Assembly: GCA_052390615.1 (NCBI GenBank)
Contig: JBQTGT010000035.1
Span: 14,142-78,141, forward strand
DNA from: Actinomycetota bacterium
Lineage (GTDB): Bacteria; Actinomycetota; Acidimicrobiia; IMCC26256; PALSA-610
Direction of reading: 5' to 3'
Length of the DNA stretch: 64,000 nucleotides
This document shows positions 1-11,952 of the stretch, piece by piece. Under the pieces are notes generated by a model. It saw nothing but the letters and a program-made list of their open reading frames with translations. It had not been told where the DNA came from and searched no databases. Positions within the stretch are counted from its first letter, which is position 1. Every line of letters begins with the position of its first letter. The position numbers were made by a program, and so were the translations under genes.

Positions 1-249
1 GCAGCCGATGTTGCGTCGCAGCTGAGGAACCTTCCACGTTCCGAGGCGCGCGATGTCGCGGCCCGCGACGTTCACTGTTCCCGAGGTCGCAACTTCGTCG
101 CGCAGCAGCAATCGCAGGAGCGTGGACTTCCCCGAACCCGATGGGCCGACGAGGAATACGAACTCGCCCTTGCCGATCTCGAGCGAGACGCCGCGCAGTG
201 CGACGACATCACCCTTGTACACCTTCGTCACGTTGTCGAAACGAATCAT
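1..249 (-). CDS. ftsE: Cell-division ABC ATPase FtsE (N-terminal part; gene runs off the left edge)
   Basis: Reverse-strand translation from ATG (249-247) reads MIRFDNVTKVYKGDVVALRGVSLEIGKGEFVFLVGPSGSGKSTLLRLL. Walker A GPSGSGKST. Absent from the ORF track only because the edge truncates it. Confidence 0.85.
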   Translation of the reverse strand, partial: MIRFDNVTKVYKGDVVALRGVSLEIGKGEFVFLVGPSGSGKSTLLRLLLRDEVATSGTVNVAGRDIARLGTWKVPQLRRNIGC

Positions 250-321
250 GCGTCATGGGGGGTCATGGGCGGCACCGAAACTACCAGTCCGACCCCCGAC
301 CGCCGGGTATCAGCACTCGCG

Positions 322-1428
322 TCACGCCTGGTCACCACGCCGCCGCCACTGTAGGTATGCCTCGATGAAGGTGTCGACGTCACCGTCGAGTACCGCCTGC
401 ACGTTGCCAGTTTCGTGGCGCGTACGCTCGTCTTTGACGAGTTGGTATGGCGCGAGCGTGTAGGTGCGGATCTGACTTCCGAACGCAACGTCGCGTTTGT
501 CGCCACTCAGCGCTTCCATCTCCTTGCGGCGTTCCTGCCGCTGTCGTTCGGCAAAACGCGCCGCGAGAATCTGCATGGCCTTCGCCCGATTTTGGAGTTG
601 CGATCGTTCGTTCTGGCACGACACGACAATCCCGGTGGGAATGTGCGTGATACGCACGGCCGAGTCGGTGACGTTCACGTGCTGGCCACCCGCACCGGAG
701 GATCGGTACGTGTCGATCCGCAGATCGGCAACTTCGATGTCTGGTTGCTCCGTCTCTTCGAGCGCGGGAACGCAGTCGAACGACGCGAACGCGGTTTGTC
801 GGCGCGCGTTGGCATCGAAGGGCGATATCCGGATGAGGCGATGGACACCGCGCTCCCCCGCCAACATCCCGTACGCGTAGCGGCCCTTCACGATGAATGT
901 CGCCGATGTGATGCCGGCCTCCTGTCCCTCCTGCACTTCGTCGAGCTCGACGTCGAAATTCTTCGACTGCGCCCACCGGGTGAACATTCGCAGCAGCATC
1001 TCAGCCCAGTCCTGTGCGTCGGTGCCACCCGCGCCGGAATGGATCTCGCAGATGGCGTCGCGTTCGTCGTGCTCGCCACTGAACAGCGCGCGCAATTCGA
1101 GCTGGTCGAGCTCTTGGCGCAGGCGCGCGGCACCGGTCTCGATTTCGGATTCGAGCGACTCGTCGGACTCTTCGCGCGCCAACTCGTTGAGGGTCTCGAG
1201 GTCCGACGCGCCGCGATCAAGGCGGGCAACGAGTTCGACGTCTTCCCGCACACGGGCGAGGTAGGTGGTGACCTTGCGGCCCTTATCGGGGTCGTTCCAC
1301 AAGTCGGGGTCGGCTGCTTCTTCCTCGAGCTCGGCGAGTCGGGAGCGCGCGTCGTCGATGCGCAGATACGTGTGCGCATCGCCGACGCGGCGGGAGAGCT
1401 CGGCCAGATCTTCAGAAAAGTCGCGCAC
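322..1428 (-). CDS. prfB: Peptide chain release factor 2
   Basis: ORF 322..1743. Contains the SPF tripeptide (RISPFDANARRQT) and GGQ (SSGAGGQHVNV). The N-terminal 105 codons of the ORF overlap secA and look non-coding. Likely start is GTG at 1428 (VRDFSEDLAEL...), 10 nt after the secA stop. Single frame, no programmed +1 frameshift. Confidence 0.9.
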   Translation of the reverse strand: MRDFSEDLAELSRRVGDAHTYLRIDDARSRLAELEEEAADPDLWNDPDKGRKVTTYLARVREDVELVARLDRGASDLETLNELAREESDESLESEIETGAARLRQELDQLELRALFSGEHDERDAICEIHSGAGGTDAQDWAEMLLRMFTRWAQSKNFDVELDEVQEGQEAGITSATFIVKGRYAYGMLAGERGVHRLIRISPFDANARRQTAFASFDCVPALEETEQPDIEVADLRIDTYRSSGAGGQHVNVTDSAVRITHIPTGIVVSCQNERSQLQNRAKAMQILAARFAERQRQERRKEMEALSGDKRDVAFGSQIRTYTLAPYQLVKDERTRHETGNVQAVLDGDVDTFIEAYLQWRRRGDQA

Positions 1429-1438
1429 GCTCGGCTGC

Positions 1439-4252
1439 CTACGAACGCCCGTGGCAGAGCTTGTACTTCTTACCGCTTCCGCAGAAGCATGGTTCGTTGC
1501 GTCCGGGCGTCTTCTCGACCCGCACCGGCTCTTGGGCAGCGGCCGGCGCCGCGGCACGGGGTCGGGCCGGCAGCCCGGCCGGGACTGCCTCGGGCATCGC
1601 CTCCGCGTCCGTCTCCGCACCGGCTGCGGCCGCGCGTTGCAGAGCGTCGGATCCTTGCACCGGATCCTCGGGCGCGCTGTACCGCACATTGCGCAGCTTC
1701 TCGCGCGGCTGCTCCTCGGTGACGACTTGCAAGTGGAACACATAACGGACGAAGTCGTCCTCGATCTGTCCCATCATGGCCTCGAACATGTCGAAGCCCT
1801 CGCGCTGCCACTCGGAGAGCGGGTCACGCTGACCCATCGCCCGCAGGTTGATGCCACCCTGCAGGTAGTCCATCTCGTACAGGTGTTCGCGCCAGTGCTG
1901 GTCGAGTACCGAGAGCATCACGCGTCGCTCGATGTCGCGGAGTTGTTCGGTACCGATCTGCGCTTCTTTGCCGTCGTACAAGGAAACCGCGTCGTCGAAG
2001 AGGAGCTGTTCGAGACCCTCGCGGCCGGACGCAGCCTCGGGCTGCTCCTTGGTGATGCGCGTCGGGAAGTAGGCCTGGATCGAGTTGAGCAGCTCATCGA
2101 TGTCCCAGTCCTCTAGGTAGTCGCCGTCGCAGTGCAGGTCGACCTGGCGGCCGATCGCGCGTTCGATCGCTTCGAGCGCCTGGTCCTTCAGATCCTCACC
2201 GTCGAGCACTTGCTGACGCCGCTTGTAGATGACCTTGCGCTGCTCGTTCATCACTGCGTCGTACTTGAGTACGTTCTTACGGATCTCGAAGTTGCGATCC
2301 TCAACCGTTCCTTGCGCGCGCTCGACGGCCTTGCTGACCATCTTCGACTCGAGCGGTACGTCGTCAGGGAACGATGCGCCCATCACCCGCTGCATCAAGC
2401 CCGTTGCGAACAAGCGCATCAGCTCGTCTTCGAGGGACAGATAGAACCGACTCTCTCCCGGATCACCCTGGCGGCCCGACCGTCCCCGCAGCTGGTTGTC
2501 GATCCGGCGCGATTCGTGTCGCTCGGTGCCGAGCACGAACAGCCCGCCCAGCTCTCGCACCTTGTCGCCTTCGGCCTTCGCCTCCTCCTCGAACCGCGGC
2601 AGCAGCGCTTGGTAGCGCGCGTCGTATTCGGGCGTCCCGAACTCGAGCCCTTCGCGCAGGCACTCGCGGCGCGCCAGGCCTTCGGGATTACCGCCGAGCA
2701 GAATGTCGACGCCGCGACCGGCCATGTTCGTCGCGACCGTGACCGAGCCGAGCTGGCCGGCTTGGGCGACGATCTCCGCTTCGCGCTCATGCTGCTTCGC
2801 GTTCAGCACCTCGTGCGCGATGCCACGCTTTTGCAGGAGGCGCGACAGCTTCTCGGACTTCTCGACCGAAATCGTCCCGACCAGTACTGGCTGGCCGTTC
2901 TCGTGCCGCTCGGCGATGTCGTCGACCGCGGCGTCGTACTTGCCGTCCTCGCCCTTGTAGATGAGGTCGGCATTGTCGAGACGGACCATCGGCCGGTTTG
3001 TCGGAACCGACACGACCTGCAAGTCGTACGTGTGCGCGAACTCGCCGGCTTCCGTCGCAGCCGTTCCCGTCATACCGCTGAGCTTTTCGTACATGCGGAA
3101 GTAGTTCTGCAAGGTGACCGTGGCGAGCGTCTGGTTTTCTTCCTTGATCTTGACGCCTTCCTTCGCCTCGACCGCCTGATGCAGACCCTCACTCCACCGC
3201 CGGCCCTCGAGAATGCGACCGGTGAACTCATCGACGATCTTCACTTCGCCGCCGGCGACCAGGTAGTCGACGTCGTTCTTGAACAGTTCCTTGGCCTTGA
3301 GCGCCTGCTGGAGCTGGTGCACGTAGTTCTGGTGCACGTTCTCGTAGAGATTCTCGACACCGAGCGCTTGTTCGACCCGCGTTATCCCCTCTTCGGTGGG
3401 CACGACGGTGCGCTTGGCTTCCTCGACCTCGTAGTCGCGGTCACGCTGTAATCCGCGGACGATCCGCGCGAACTGGTAGTAGAGCTCGGCCGCGTCGGTT
3501 GCGCGACCCGAGATGATGAGCGGGGTACGGGCCTCGTCGATAAGGATCGAGTCGATCTCGTCGACGATCGCGAAGAAATGCGGCTTCACACCGAGCTCGC
3601 GCCCGCCGCGCTGTACCTGCTGCTCGATGCGGGTGACCATGTTGTCGCGCAGGTAGTCGAACCCAAACTCGTTGTTCGTGCCATACGTGATGTCGTGGCC
3701 GTATTGCCTGCGCTTCTCGTCCGGTGTCGCGTTGTTGGGGAACACGACGCCGACCTCGAGGCCGAGGAAGCGATGGATCCGTCCCATCCATTCGGCGTCT
3801 CTGCGGACGAGATAGTCGTTCACCGTGACCAGGTGAACGCCGCGGCCCGCGAGCGCGTTGAGGTATGACGGCAGCGTGGCCGCGAGCGTTTTGCCCTCGC
3901 CGGTCTTCATTTCCGCGACCCAGCCGAAGTGCAGGGCGGCGCCACCCATCACCTGCGCGTCGAAGTGCCGCTGCCCGAGCACCCGCCGGCCCGCCTCGCG
4001 GGTCGTCGCGAACGCCTCGGGGAGGAGCTCGTCGAGGGCGTCCACGACGAGGTCGCGCTCGTGGTCATCGTTCTTGGCGCCGGCGCGCGCGTTGGCGATT
4101 CGCTGCTTGAATTCAGCCGTTCGGGCGGCGAGCTGCTCGTCGCTCAGGCGTTCGACCTCGGGCTCCAGTGCGGAGACCAACGGGACGATCGCCTGGACCG
4201 CTTTGAGTCGCTTGCCGTCGCCGGCGTGCAAGATCTTGTTGAAGACGCCCAT
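1439..4252 (-). CDS. secA: Preprotein translocase ATPase SecA
   Basis: 937 aa. DEAD-like motor motifs ([28 protein letters not shown]). C-terminal zinc finger [14 protein letters not shown]. Confidence 0.97.
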   Translation of the reverse strand: MGVFNKILHAGDGKRLKAVQAIVPLVSALEPEVERLSDEQLAARTAEFKQRIANARAGAKNDDHERDLVVDALDELLPEAFATTREAGRRVLGQRHFDAQVMGGAALHFGWVAEMKTGEGKTLAATLPSYLNALAGRGVHLVTVNDYLVRRDAEWMGRIHRFLGLEVGVVFPNNATPDEKRRQYGHDITYGTNNEFGFDYLRDNMVTRIEQQVQRGGRELGVKPHFFAIVDEIDSILIDEARTPLIISGRATDAAELYYQFARIVRGLQRDRDYEVEEAKRTVVPTEEGITRVEQALGVENLYENVHQNYVHQLQQALKAKELFKNDVDYLVAGGEVKIVDEFTGRILEGRRWSEGLHQAVEAKEGVKIKEENQTLATVTLQNYFRMYEKLSGMTGTAATEAGEFAHTYDLQVVSVPTNRPMVRLDNADLIYKGEDGKYDAAVDDIAERHENGQPVLVGTISVEKSEKLSRLLQKRGIAHEVLNAKQHEREAEIVAQAGQLGSVTVATNMAGRGVDILLGGNPEGLARRECLREGLEFGTPEYDARYQALLPRFEEEAKAEGDKVRELGGLFVLGTERHESRRIDNQLRGRSGRQGDPGESRFYLSLEDELMRLFATGLMQRVMGASFPDDVPLESKMVSKAVERAQGTVEDRNFEIRKNVLKYDAVMNEQRKVIYKRRQQVLDGEDLKDQALEAIERAIGRQVDLHCDGDYLEDWDIDELLNSIQAYFPTRITKEQPEAASGREGLEQLLFDDAVSLYDGKEAQIGTEQLRDIERRVMLSVLDQHWREHLYEMDYLQGGINLRAMGQRDPLSEWQREGFDMFEAMMGQIEDDFVRYVFHLQVVTEEQPREKLRNVRYSAPEDPVQGSDALQRAAAAGAETDAEAMPEAVPAGLPARPRAAAPAAAQEPVRVEKTPGRNEPCFCGSGKKYKLCHGRS

Positions 4253-4366
4253 GCGGGGGGCGAGTCTACCGGCGGGAAAATGCGCCTCCCGGCCACCCGC
4301 TGACCGGATCTTGGTCCCTCATACCGGGTCGGGGTTCGGGCGCCGGCCGCCGGCCGCCGAGACCGA

Positions 4367-5044
4367 TCAGATCGCGTCGACGAGCTTCTCTCGTACCGCG
4401 TACATCGCCGCTTCCATGCGCGAGCGCAGTTGAAGCTTCTCGAGGATGTTGCGGACGTGGTTCTTGACCGTGTTCTCGGCGATGACCAACTCGGTCGCGA
4501 TCTCCTTGTTGGAGTGCCCCTTCGCAATGAGCCGAAGCACTTCCAGCTCGCGTTCGGTTAGATGCGGCGAACCGCCGTGTTGGTCCTCGACGCGCCGCGA
4601 AAGCGAGTTGAACTCGACGAGGAGCTTCGACGCCATCGACGGTGAAACCAAGCTGTGCCCGCGATGTACCGCCCGAACCGCCTCCGCGACTTCCTCGATC
4701 GAGACCTCCTTCAGGAGGTACGCAGTCGCACCCGCACGTACCGCGCTGAACAGATCTTCCTCGTCCTCGGAGACGGTCAGCATCACGATCTTGACGTTGC
4801 CGAGCGCGGACCGAATCCGCCGAGCGGCTTCGATACCCGATGATCCGGGCATGCGAACGTCCATCAGCACGACGTCGGGCGCGAGTTCGACCGCACGCGC
4901 CACTGCTTCAACGCCATCGGCGGCCTCCCCGACGACCTCGATGTCGTCCTCACCGCGGAGCACCAGCTCGAGACCGCGCCGGAACAGCGCGTGATCGTCC
5001 GCGATCAACACCCTGATGCACTCGCCCCCACCCGTTGTCGCCAT
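4367..5044 (-). CDS. NarL/FixJ-type two-component response regulator (REC + LuxR HTH), no kinase adjacent
   Basis: [13 protein letters not shown]...VLMDVRMPG receiver domain. C-terminal [20 protein letters not shown]...[14 protein letters not shown] LuxR-type HTH. Confidence 0.9.
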   Translation of the reverse strand: MATTGGGECIRVLIADDHALFRRGLELVLRGEDDIEVVGEAADGVEAVARAVELAPDVVLMDVRMPGSSGIEAARRIRSALGNVKIVMLTVSEDEEDLFSAVRAGATAYLLKEVSIEEVAEAVRAVHRGHSLVSPSMASKLLVEFNSLSRRVEDQHGGSPHLTERELEVLRLIAKGHSNKEIATELVIAENTVKNHVRNILEKLQLRSRMEAAMYAVREKLVDAI

Positions 5045-5062
5045 GTGCGTTCCCCGTAGGCG

Positions 5063-5674
5063 CTAGCCCGAGGCCTCGATCATTCCCAGATTGCCGTCGC
5101 GGCGGCGGTACAGCACAGCCGCGCGTCCGGTCTCTGTGCTCGTGAACAAGAAGAAGTCATGGCCGAGCAGCTCCATCTGGAGCGCCGCTTCCTCAGCGGC
5201 CATGGGCTTCACGGCGAACTGCTTTGTCTTGACGATGACCGTGACTTGCTCGCCTTCGTCATCTCTATCGGCATCAAGATCGTCCACCTTTGGAACGCCG
5301 TTGCTCGATGCACCGTTCACGCGCGCCGCCTTCGAATTGTTGCGCCGGTGCACTCGCCGCTCATGCATTCGACGCATTTGCTCCGCAACCTTTTCGAGCG
5401 CGAGGTCGAGCGCGGCGTAGTGGTCGGCAGCACAAGCATGGCCCTTGACGAGGTGCTTATTGAGATGGACGAGGATCTCGCAGCTATGTGAGTCGGCGGC
5501 CTTTCGCGTGGCGTGCTCGTCATAGTCGACATCAACCCGACGGACGTCGCCCGCGTATTTAGAGATGCGCTCGAGTTTGTCGCGCGTATGCGCCCGCAAA
5601 TCGGGCGGCACCTCGACGTGCTTACCGAACACGACGACGTCCATGTGGTTGGCAGTATAGGAGCGACGACTCAT
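5063..5674 (-). CDS. hpf: Ribosome hibernation promoting factor, long form
   Basis: MDVVVFGKHVEVPPDLRAHTRDKLERISKY (S30AE/sigma54-modulation fold) plus C-terminal dimerisation domain VIVKTKQFAVKPMAAEEAALQMELLGHDFFLF. ATG at 5674 forms an ATGA overlap with the comF stop. Alternative ATG at 5644. Confidence 0.88.
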   Translation of the reverse strand: MSRRSYTANHMDVVVFGKHVEVPPDLRAHTRDKLERISKYAGDVRRVDVDYDEHATRKAADSHSCEILVHLNKHLVKGHACAADHYAALDLALEKVAEQMRRMHERRVHRRNNSKAARVNGASSNGVPKVDDLDADRDDEGEQVTVIVKTKQFAVKPMAAEEAALQMELLGHDFFLFTSTETGRAAVLYRRRDGNLGMIEASG

Positions 5675-6300
5675 AGGCGGTTCCGGCGGGGTGTTCGGGC
5701 CGCGGTAGCGACTGCAACCGAGGCGGCGCCGGCCGTCAGCAGCGCACTGGCAGCCGCGGCCACGGTTGCGCCCGTCGTGGCGACGTCGTCGACGAGCAGG
5801 ACGCGCAAGTGTCGTGCTGAGCCCGTCGCGCGCAGATCAGGCCCTCGTCGTCGTTCTAGCCAAGATGAACCGGTTTGCGCGCGCGTGTCGGCGCGAGCGA
5901 GCAGTGCCGCGACGGGAACGTCGAGACGGCGGGCGACACCGCGGGCAAGCGCGAAGGCATGGTCGAGGCCCTGGTCACGGCGGCGCGTGCGGCTGGCGGG
6001 CGCCCACGTCACGACGTCGATGTCGAGGCTCGGCGGACACGCCGCGGATACCGCGGCCGCGAGCCACGGAATCGCGGCACGGCCGTTGCGGTACTTCGTC
6101 CGCGCGACGAGCTCGCGGCCCGGGCCGGCGTACGCGAAGGCGGCGACCCACCAATCCACGCCAGGTGGCGGTGGAGCGGACGGCGGCGCCCGCAGCTGCG
6201 CTCGACAGCCTTCGCACAACGGCCGGGCGCGCGCGCTACACGCCGCACAGGAACTGGCAAACAGCCCGTCGAGCACCTCGTCCAGGATCGCCCGCAGCAC
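5671..6300 (-). CDS. ComF family phosphoribosyltransferase-domain protein
   Basis: N-terminal Cys cluster (CAACSARARPLCEGC). C-terminal PRTase motif VLLVDDVATTGAT. Confidence 0.8.
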   Translation of the reverse strand: MLRAILDEVLDGLFASSCAACSARARPLCEGCRAQLRAPPSAPPPPGVDWWVAAFAYAGPGRELVARTKYRNGRAAIPWLAAAVSAACPPSLDIDVVTWAPASRTRRRDQGLDHAFALARGVARRLDVPVAALLARADTRAQTGSSWLERRRGPDLRATGSARHLRVLLVDDVATTGATVAAAASALLTAGAASVAVATAARTPRRNRL

Positions 6301-6344
6301 GACCTCACTCTACGGACCAGGTGCGACACGATCGCGTGTTGCTC

Positions 6345-7394
6345 CTAGCGCGGCACGGTCGCGCCCCGCCGGACGTGGCTGGGAAGCGAACGGCGGTACG
6401 GCGGTCTCGCGATCCCGACCTCGGTCACGATGCCCGAGATCAGCCGCGCGGGCGTCACGTCGAACGCGGGGTTGTAGGCCGTGAACTGTTCCGGTGCGAT
6501 CCGGACGGCGCCGACAGTTCGCACTTCATCGGCGTCCCGCTCCTCGATTTCGATCCCGTCGCCGTCGGGCGTCTCGAGATCGATCGTCGAGACAGGCGCG
6601 GCGACGTAGAAGGGAATCGCATGATGACGTGCGAGCACGGCGAGTGCGTACGTCCCGATCTTGTTCGCCACATCGCCGTTCGCAGCGATGCGGTCGGCGC
6701 CCACGACAACAAGATCGATCTCGCCGCGCGCCATGAGTGACGCCGGTACCGTATCCGCGACCAGCGTGGCATCGATCCCGGATCGCTCGAGTTCCCACGC
6801 GGTCAAACGTGCGCCCTGCAGCATGGGCCGCGACTCCCCCACCCAGACGTGCACACGTTTGCCTGACTCCACCGCGGCGCGCACGACGCCCAACGCGGTC
6901 CCGTAGCCGACACACGCGAGCGCGCCCGTGTTGCAGTGGGTCAGCACGTGCGCGTCGGGAGGAAGGAGCGCCGCTCCGTTGCAGCCGAGCGCTCGATTGC
7001 GGGCGACATCTTCTTCGGCGAGCTGTTCGGCGGCGGCGAGCGCGCCAGCGGTCCCATCATGGTCGTAGGAAGCGAGTGCGTGCTCGACGCCGCGGCGGAG
7101 GTTGACCGCGGTCGGTCGGCTTGCGGCCACGCGTTCGGCGGCGCGGTGAACCTCGCGACTTGTTCGCAACGTGCGCGCCGCGAGGGCGACACCGTACGCG
7201 CCGGCCGCGCCCAACGCGGGTGCGCCGCGAACGGCCATCGTGGCGATTGCCTCGCACAGCTGCTCGACGGTCGCGCAGTCGAGAAACCGCACGCGCCTCG
7301 GGAGCGCGCGCTGGTCGAGGATCCGCACGCGATCGCGATGCCACCGAATCGAACTCAGGAGCGGGTCCGCCGTCGCGTCCGCATTCGGTGTCAC
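6345..7394 (-). CDS. mtnA: S-methyl-5-thioribose-1-phosphate isomerase (eIF-2B alpha/beta/delta family)
   Basis: 349 aa. ILDQRALP...MAVRGAPALGAAGAYG...VVGADRIAANGDVANKIGTY are typical MtnA blocks. GTG start overlaps the upstream stop (GTGA). Confidence 0.85.
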   Translation of the reverse strand: MTPNADATADPLLSSIRWHRDRVRILDQRALPRRVRFLDCATVEQLCEAIATMAVRGAPALGAAGAYGVALAARTLRTSREVHRAAERVAASRPTAVNLRRGVEHALASYDHDGTAGALAAAEQLAEEDVARNRALGCNGAALLPPDAHVLTHCNTGALACVGYGTALGVVRAAVESGKRVHVWVGESRPMLQGARLTAWELERSGIDATLVADTVPASLMARGEIDLVVVGADRIAANGDVANKIGTYALAVLARHHAIPFYVAAPVSTIDLETPDGDGIEIEERDADEVRTVGAVRIAPEQFTAYNPAFDVTPARLISGIVTEVGIARPPYRRSLPSHVRRGATVPR

Positions 7395-8239
7395 GTCGGC
7401 AGGTTGAGCGTGGGATTCGCGCGATCGGTCAGGGACCGCAAGCGTCGTTGCACCGCGTTGACCCAGAAGTCGGATTCGTCGTCGTGCGTCAAGACCCAGA
7501 ACTGCTCATCGCGGATGGCCGCGAAGACCTTGGCCGCGACGGCATCGGGCGCCATGCCTTGCTCGAGGAACTGCTGCAGCATCGATGCGCCGCCGAGCGG
7601 GTCGGCCGCGCCGTCGGGGGGCTGCAAGTGCGTCGGCCGGTTCCGCTCGCTCTGCGCGATGCGCGTCTTGACCCATCCCGGGCACAACACGGAAACCTTC
7701 ACCTGCGACGCGGAGAGCGCGAGTTCGTGGTGCAGGGTTTCGGAGATCGCAACGACGGCGTGCTTGCTCGCGTTGTACGGGCCCATGAACGGCGCCGCGA
7801 CGAGCCCGGCGATCGACGCCGTATTCACAAGATGGCCGACGTCTTGTTGCATCAGGATGGGCACGAAGCTCTTCACGCCGTGGATGACGCCCCAGAGGTT
7901 GACGCCGAGGATCCATTCCCACGTCTCGAGCGGCATGTCCCAGGTGATCCCGCCGCCGCCGACGCCGGCGTTGTTGCAGGCGACGTGGATCGCGCCGAAG
8001 CGATCGACAGCCGCATCGGCCAACGCTTGGACCTGGGCCGCGTCGCTGACCTCGGTCACGACGCCTTCGATCTCGGACCCGCCCGCGCGGAGCTCCGCCA
8101 CCGCTGCGTCGAGCGCGTCCTTCTCGACGTCGCCGACGACGACCTTCATCCCCTCGGCCGCGAACCGCCGGGCCAACCCGAGCCCGATCCCGCTCGCGCC
8201 GCCGGTCACGACCGCAACTCGCCCCACGAAGTCTTGCAT
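7391..8239 (-). CDS. Short-chain dehydrogenase/reductase
   Basis: C-terminal 282 codons of ORF 7391..8992. MQDFVGRVAVVTGGASGIGLG (Rossmann TGxxxGIG), NNAG, YNASKHAV (YxxxK). The upstream part of the ORF is antisense to ahcY. Confidence 0.88.
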   Translation of the reverse strand: MQDFVGRVAVVTGGASGIGLGLARRFAAEGMKVVVGDVEKDALDAAVAELRAGGSEIEGVVTEVSDAAQVQALADAAVDRFGAIHVACNNAGVGGGGITWDMPLETWEWILGVNLWGVIHGVKSFVPILMQQDVGHLVNTASIAGLVAAPFMGPYNASKHAVVAISETLHHELALSASQVKVSVLCPGWVKTRIAQSERNRPTHLQPPDGAADPLGGASMLQQFLEQGMAPDAVAAKVFAAIRDEQFWVLTHDDESDFWVNAVQRRLRSLTDRANPTLNLPT

Positions 8240-8271
8240 GCCGCCCGTTCTAGTCGAGCCCGGCGGCGACG

Positions 8272-9780
<1,509 letters not shown>

Positions 9781-9856
9781 TCACCGGGTGACAGCCCGCG
9801 CTGCGGGGCCCGACTGGGGCTTCACAATACCGGACGGGAGTGCGATTGTCTGCCCC

Positions 9857-10762
9857 ATGACGGCAACGGCGCGAGTGGCAGCGGTGCAGGCAACGCCGGT
9901 CTTTTGCGACCGAGAGGCGACGATCGAGAGGGTCGGTCGGTGCACAAAGGAGGCGGCCGGCGGCGGCGCGCGCCTCGTCGCGTTTCCCGAGGCGTTCGTA
10001 CCGACCTATCCGGACTGGGTGTGGCGGACGACACCATGGGCCGACGGCGAGTGGTACGCGCGTTGGGCCGACCAGTGCGTCGACATTCCCGGCGCCGCCT
10101 GCGACGCGCTCGGCGCGATCGCGCGCGAGCACGAGCTGTACCTCGCTGTCGGCGTCAACGAATGCGACGGCGGCACGATCTATAACACGCTGCTTTACTT
10201 TGATCCCGCGGGTGCGCTGGCCGCGACGCATCGCAAGTTGATGCCGACCGGCGGCGAGCGGCTCGCATGGGGACAGGGCGACGGCTCGACGCTCTCGGTG
10301 ATCGACACGCCGTTCGGGCGAGTCGGCGGGCTGATCTGTTGGGAGAACTACATGCCGCTCGCGCGCGCGGCGATGTACGAGCAGGGTGTCGACGTGTACC
10401 TCGCGCCGACGTGGGACAACTCGGACGTGTGGGTCTCGTCCATGCGTCACATCGCGAAGGAGGGTCGCTGCTACGTGCTCGGCGTCAACTCCTGCCTGCG
10501 CGCGTCCGACGTGCCCGACACGATTCCCGGCCGCGACGACATCTACGGCGGTGACGACGACTGGATATCGCGTGGCAACACCGTCATCGTCGGTCCCGAC
10601 GGTGACGTGCTCGCCGGTCCCCTCAGCGAAGTCGAGGGGATCCTGTACGCCGACGTCGACCTCGACGCGATCCGCAGGTCGCGGCGCCAGTTCGACGTGG
10701 TCGGCCACTACGCGCGCCCCGACGTGTTCCAGTTGCACGTCAACCGGGGCTCCGTTCTGTAG
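9857..10762 (+). CDS. Nitrilase/cyanide hydratase family carbon-nitrogen hydrolase
   Basis: ATG at 9857 inside ORF 9347..10762. AAVQATPVF, FPEAFVPTYP (catalytic Glu), HRKLMPT (Lys), GGLICWENYMP (Cys). Confidence 0.88.
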   Translation: MTATARVAAVQATPVFCDREATIERVGRCTKEAAGGGARLVAFPEAFVPTYPDWVWRTTPWADGEWYARWADQCVDIPGAACDALGAIAREHELYLAVGVNECDGGTIYNTLLYFDPAGALAATHRKLMPTGGERLAWGQGDGSTLSVIDTPFGRVGGLICWENYMPLARAAMYEQGVDVYLAPTWDNSDVWVSSMRHIAKEGRCYVLGVNSCLRASDVPDTIPGRDDIYGGDDDWISRGNTVIVGPDGDVLAGPLSEVEGILYADVDLDAIRRSRRQFDVVGHYARPDVFQLHVNRGSVL

Positions 10763-10790
10763 CGCGCACACCTCCGTGGCGCGGTCTCCG

Positions 10791-10860
10791 ATTGTCCTTT
10801 GGGGACAGCACTCACCCGTCACAGTCCTGAATTGTCCTTTGGGGACAGCACGCACCCGTC
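10791..10860. repeat. Two 30-bp direct repeats (29/30 identical) phased 40 bp apart
   Basis: attgtcctttggggacagcac[t/g]cacccgtc at 10791-10820 and 10831-10860. Each contains the dyad TGTCC-TTTGG-GGACA. Confidence 0.9.
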
Positions 10861-10876
10861 GCCGTCGCGGGTGGCG

Positions 10877-11941
10877 CTATTCCGCCAGGCGCCGTTTCAA
10901 TTCGAATATGGCGTCGATCGGTCCCGGATCAACGTCAGTGCGCAGCGCGAGGTAACACGACACCCAGTCGCCGACGTACATCAAGTCGAGCAACTGCGCG
11001 AGCCGGCCCTCCCCCTCGGCGTGCACACTGAGCACTTGGTGCACGGTCTCGTCGATGATCTCACGTGTGATCTCGAAGCGGCGGGCAAGCTGCGGGTGCT
11101 CGAAGCCGTGCCGAAGCTCGATCACGGTGTACAGCTGGCGGGTCACGTCCCCGTGTTGACCCCACCCGCAGATCTCGTTGTGGTCGAGCTCGGGGAATGC
11201 GTTGCAGAAGGCGGGCGCCTTGGCGTTCTCGTTGACGTCACACTTCCAGCGGTACGCAGCAACGGCGCCGAGCGCGCCACCGCCGTAGACGAGTGGGATC
11301 GTGCGGTCGATTTGGCGGGCGAGCTCGCGCGCAGAGTTCGCCGCGCCTTCGACGCTCGGCTGGCACTTGTCGCGGCGACGCGCGAGTTGCTCCTGGGCGC
11401 GTACGAGCTGGGAGTGGGCGCCCGGTGCCAGCCCGCTACGGAAGAGCGCGACCGCCAATGGTGCGACGAGCGCGCCGATTGCAGCACGCGGGAGGAGGCC
11501 GTCCGGGCAGGGAACGTGCAGCCCATGGTGGGCACGCGCGATCGCTGCCAACTCGCCACCGCGCGACACGGTGACGAGACGAGCGCCACACTTCGCGGCC
11601 TCGCGCGACATCGACACGGTCTCCTCGGAATCACCCGAGTAGGACATCGCGAACGCGAGCGTGTGCGGTCCAACGAACGCCGGCACGCGGTATTGCTTGA
11701 GCACAGTGACTGGTACCGCGAGCTCGTCGTCGAAGGCGGCCGCGATCACGTCACCGGCAATGCCCGATCCACCCATGCCGAGCACGACGATGTTGCGAAG
11801 GTCGGACGAGTCGGGCGAGCGCTCGCGCGCGAACAACACGGCAGCAGCTTCGTGCGCGGCGGCGAGCTGCTCGGGCAGGTTCCGAACGGTGTCGAGGAAT
11901 CCGAGAGAATCGGTCATCGAATGCACGCCGATCTCCCACAC
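10877..11941 (-). CDS. Bifunctional phosphoglucose/phosphomannose isomerase family (SIS domains)
   Basis: NIVVLGMGGSGIAGD and AFAMSYSGDSEET SIS motifs; C-terminal PMI-type block. Alternative ATG at 11917. Confidence 0.82.
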   Translation of the reverse strand: MWEIGVHSMTDSLGFLDTVRNLPEQLAAAHEAAAVLFARERSPDSSDLRNIVVLGMGGSGIAGDVIAAAFDDELAVPVTVLKQYRVPAFVGPHTLAFAMSYSGDSEETVSMSREAAKCGARLVTVSRGGELAAIARAHHGLHVPCPDGLLPRAAIGALVAPLAVALFRSGLAPGAHSQLVRAQEQLARRRDKCQPSVEGAANSARELARQIDRTIPLVYGGGALGAVAAYRWKCDVNENAKAPAFCNAFPELDHNEICGWGQHGDVTRQLYTVIELRHGFEHPQLARRFEITREIIDETVHQVLSVHAEGEGRLAQLLDLMYVGDWVSCYLALRTDVDPGPIDAIFELKRRLAE

Positions 11942-11952
11942 ATCGTGTGGGC

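Noticed and set aside
1429-1743. N-terminal extension of the prfB ORF and a possible programmed +1 frameshift
   Set aside because: The extension overlaps the secA C-terminus and is Arg/Cys/Pro-rich. RF2 homology starts at the GTG at 1428. The gene is a single frame with no in-frame early TGA, so there is no frameshift site.
4253-4366. GC-rich self-complementary run (ggcgccggccgccggccgcc) between the response regulator and secA as a terminator or riboswitch
   Set aside because: It is only CGGCCG-type low-complexity palindromes with no defined stem-loop plus U-tract and no recognisable riboswitch core. It is more likely a plain spacer inside an operon.
10791-10860. Phased repeats (also 20601-20680 and 42389-42451) as miniature CRISPR arrays
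   Set aside because: There are only two units per locus, the variable segment is ~10-15 bp rather than a spacer-sized 30+ bp, units at different loci differ, and no cas genes are present.
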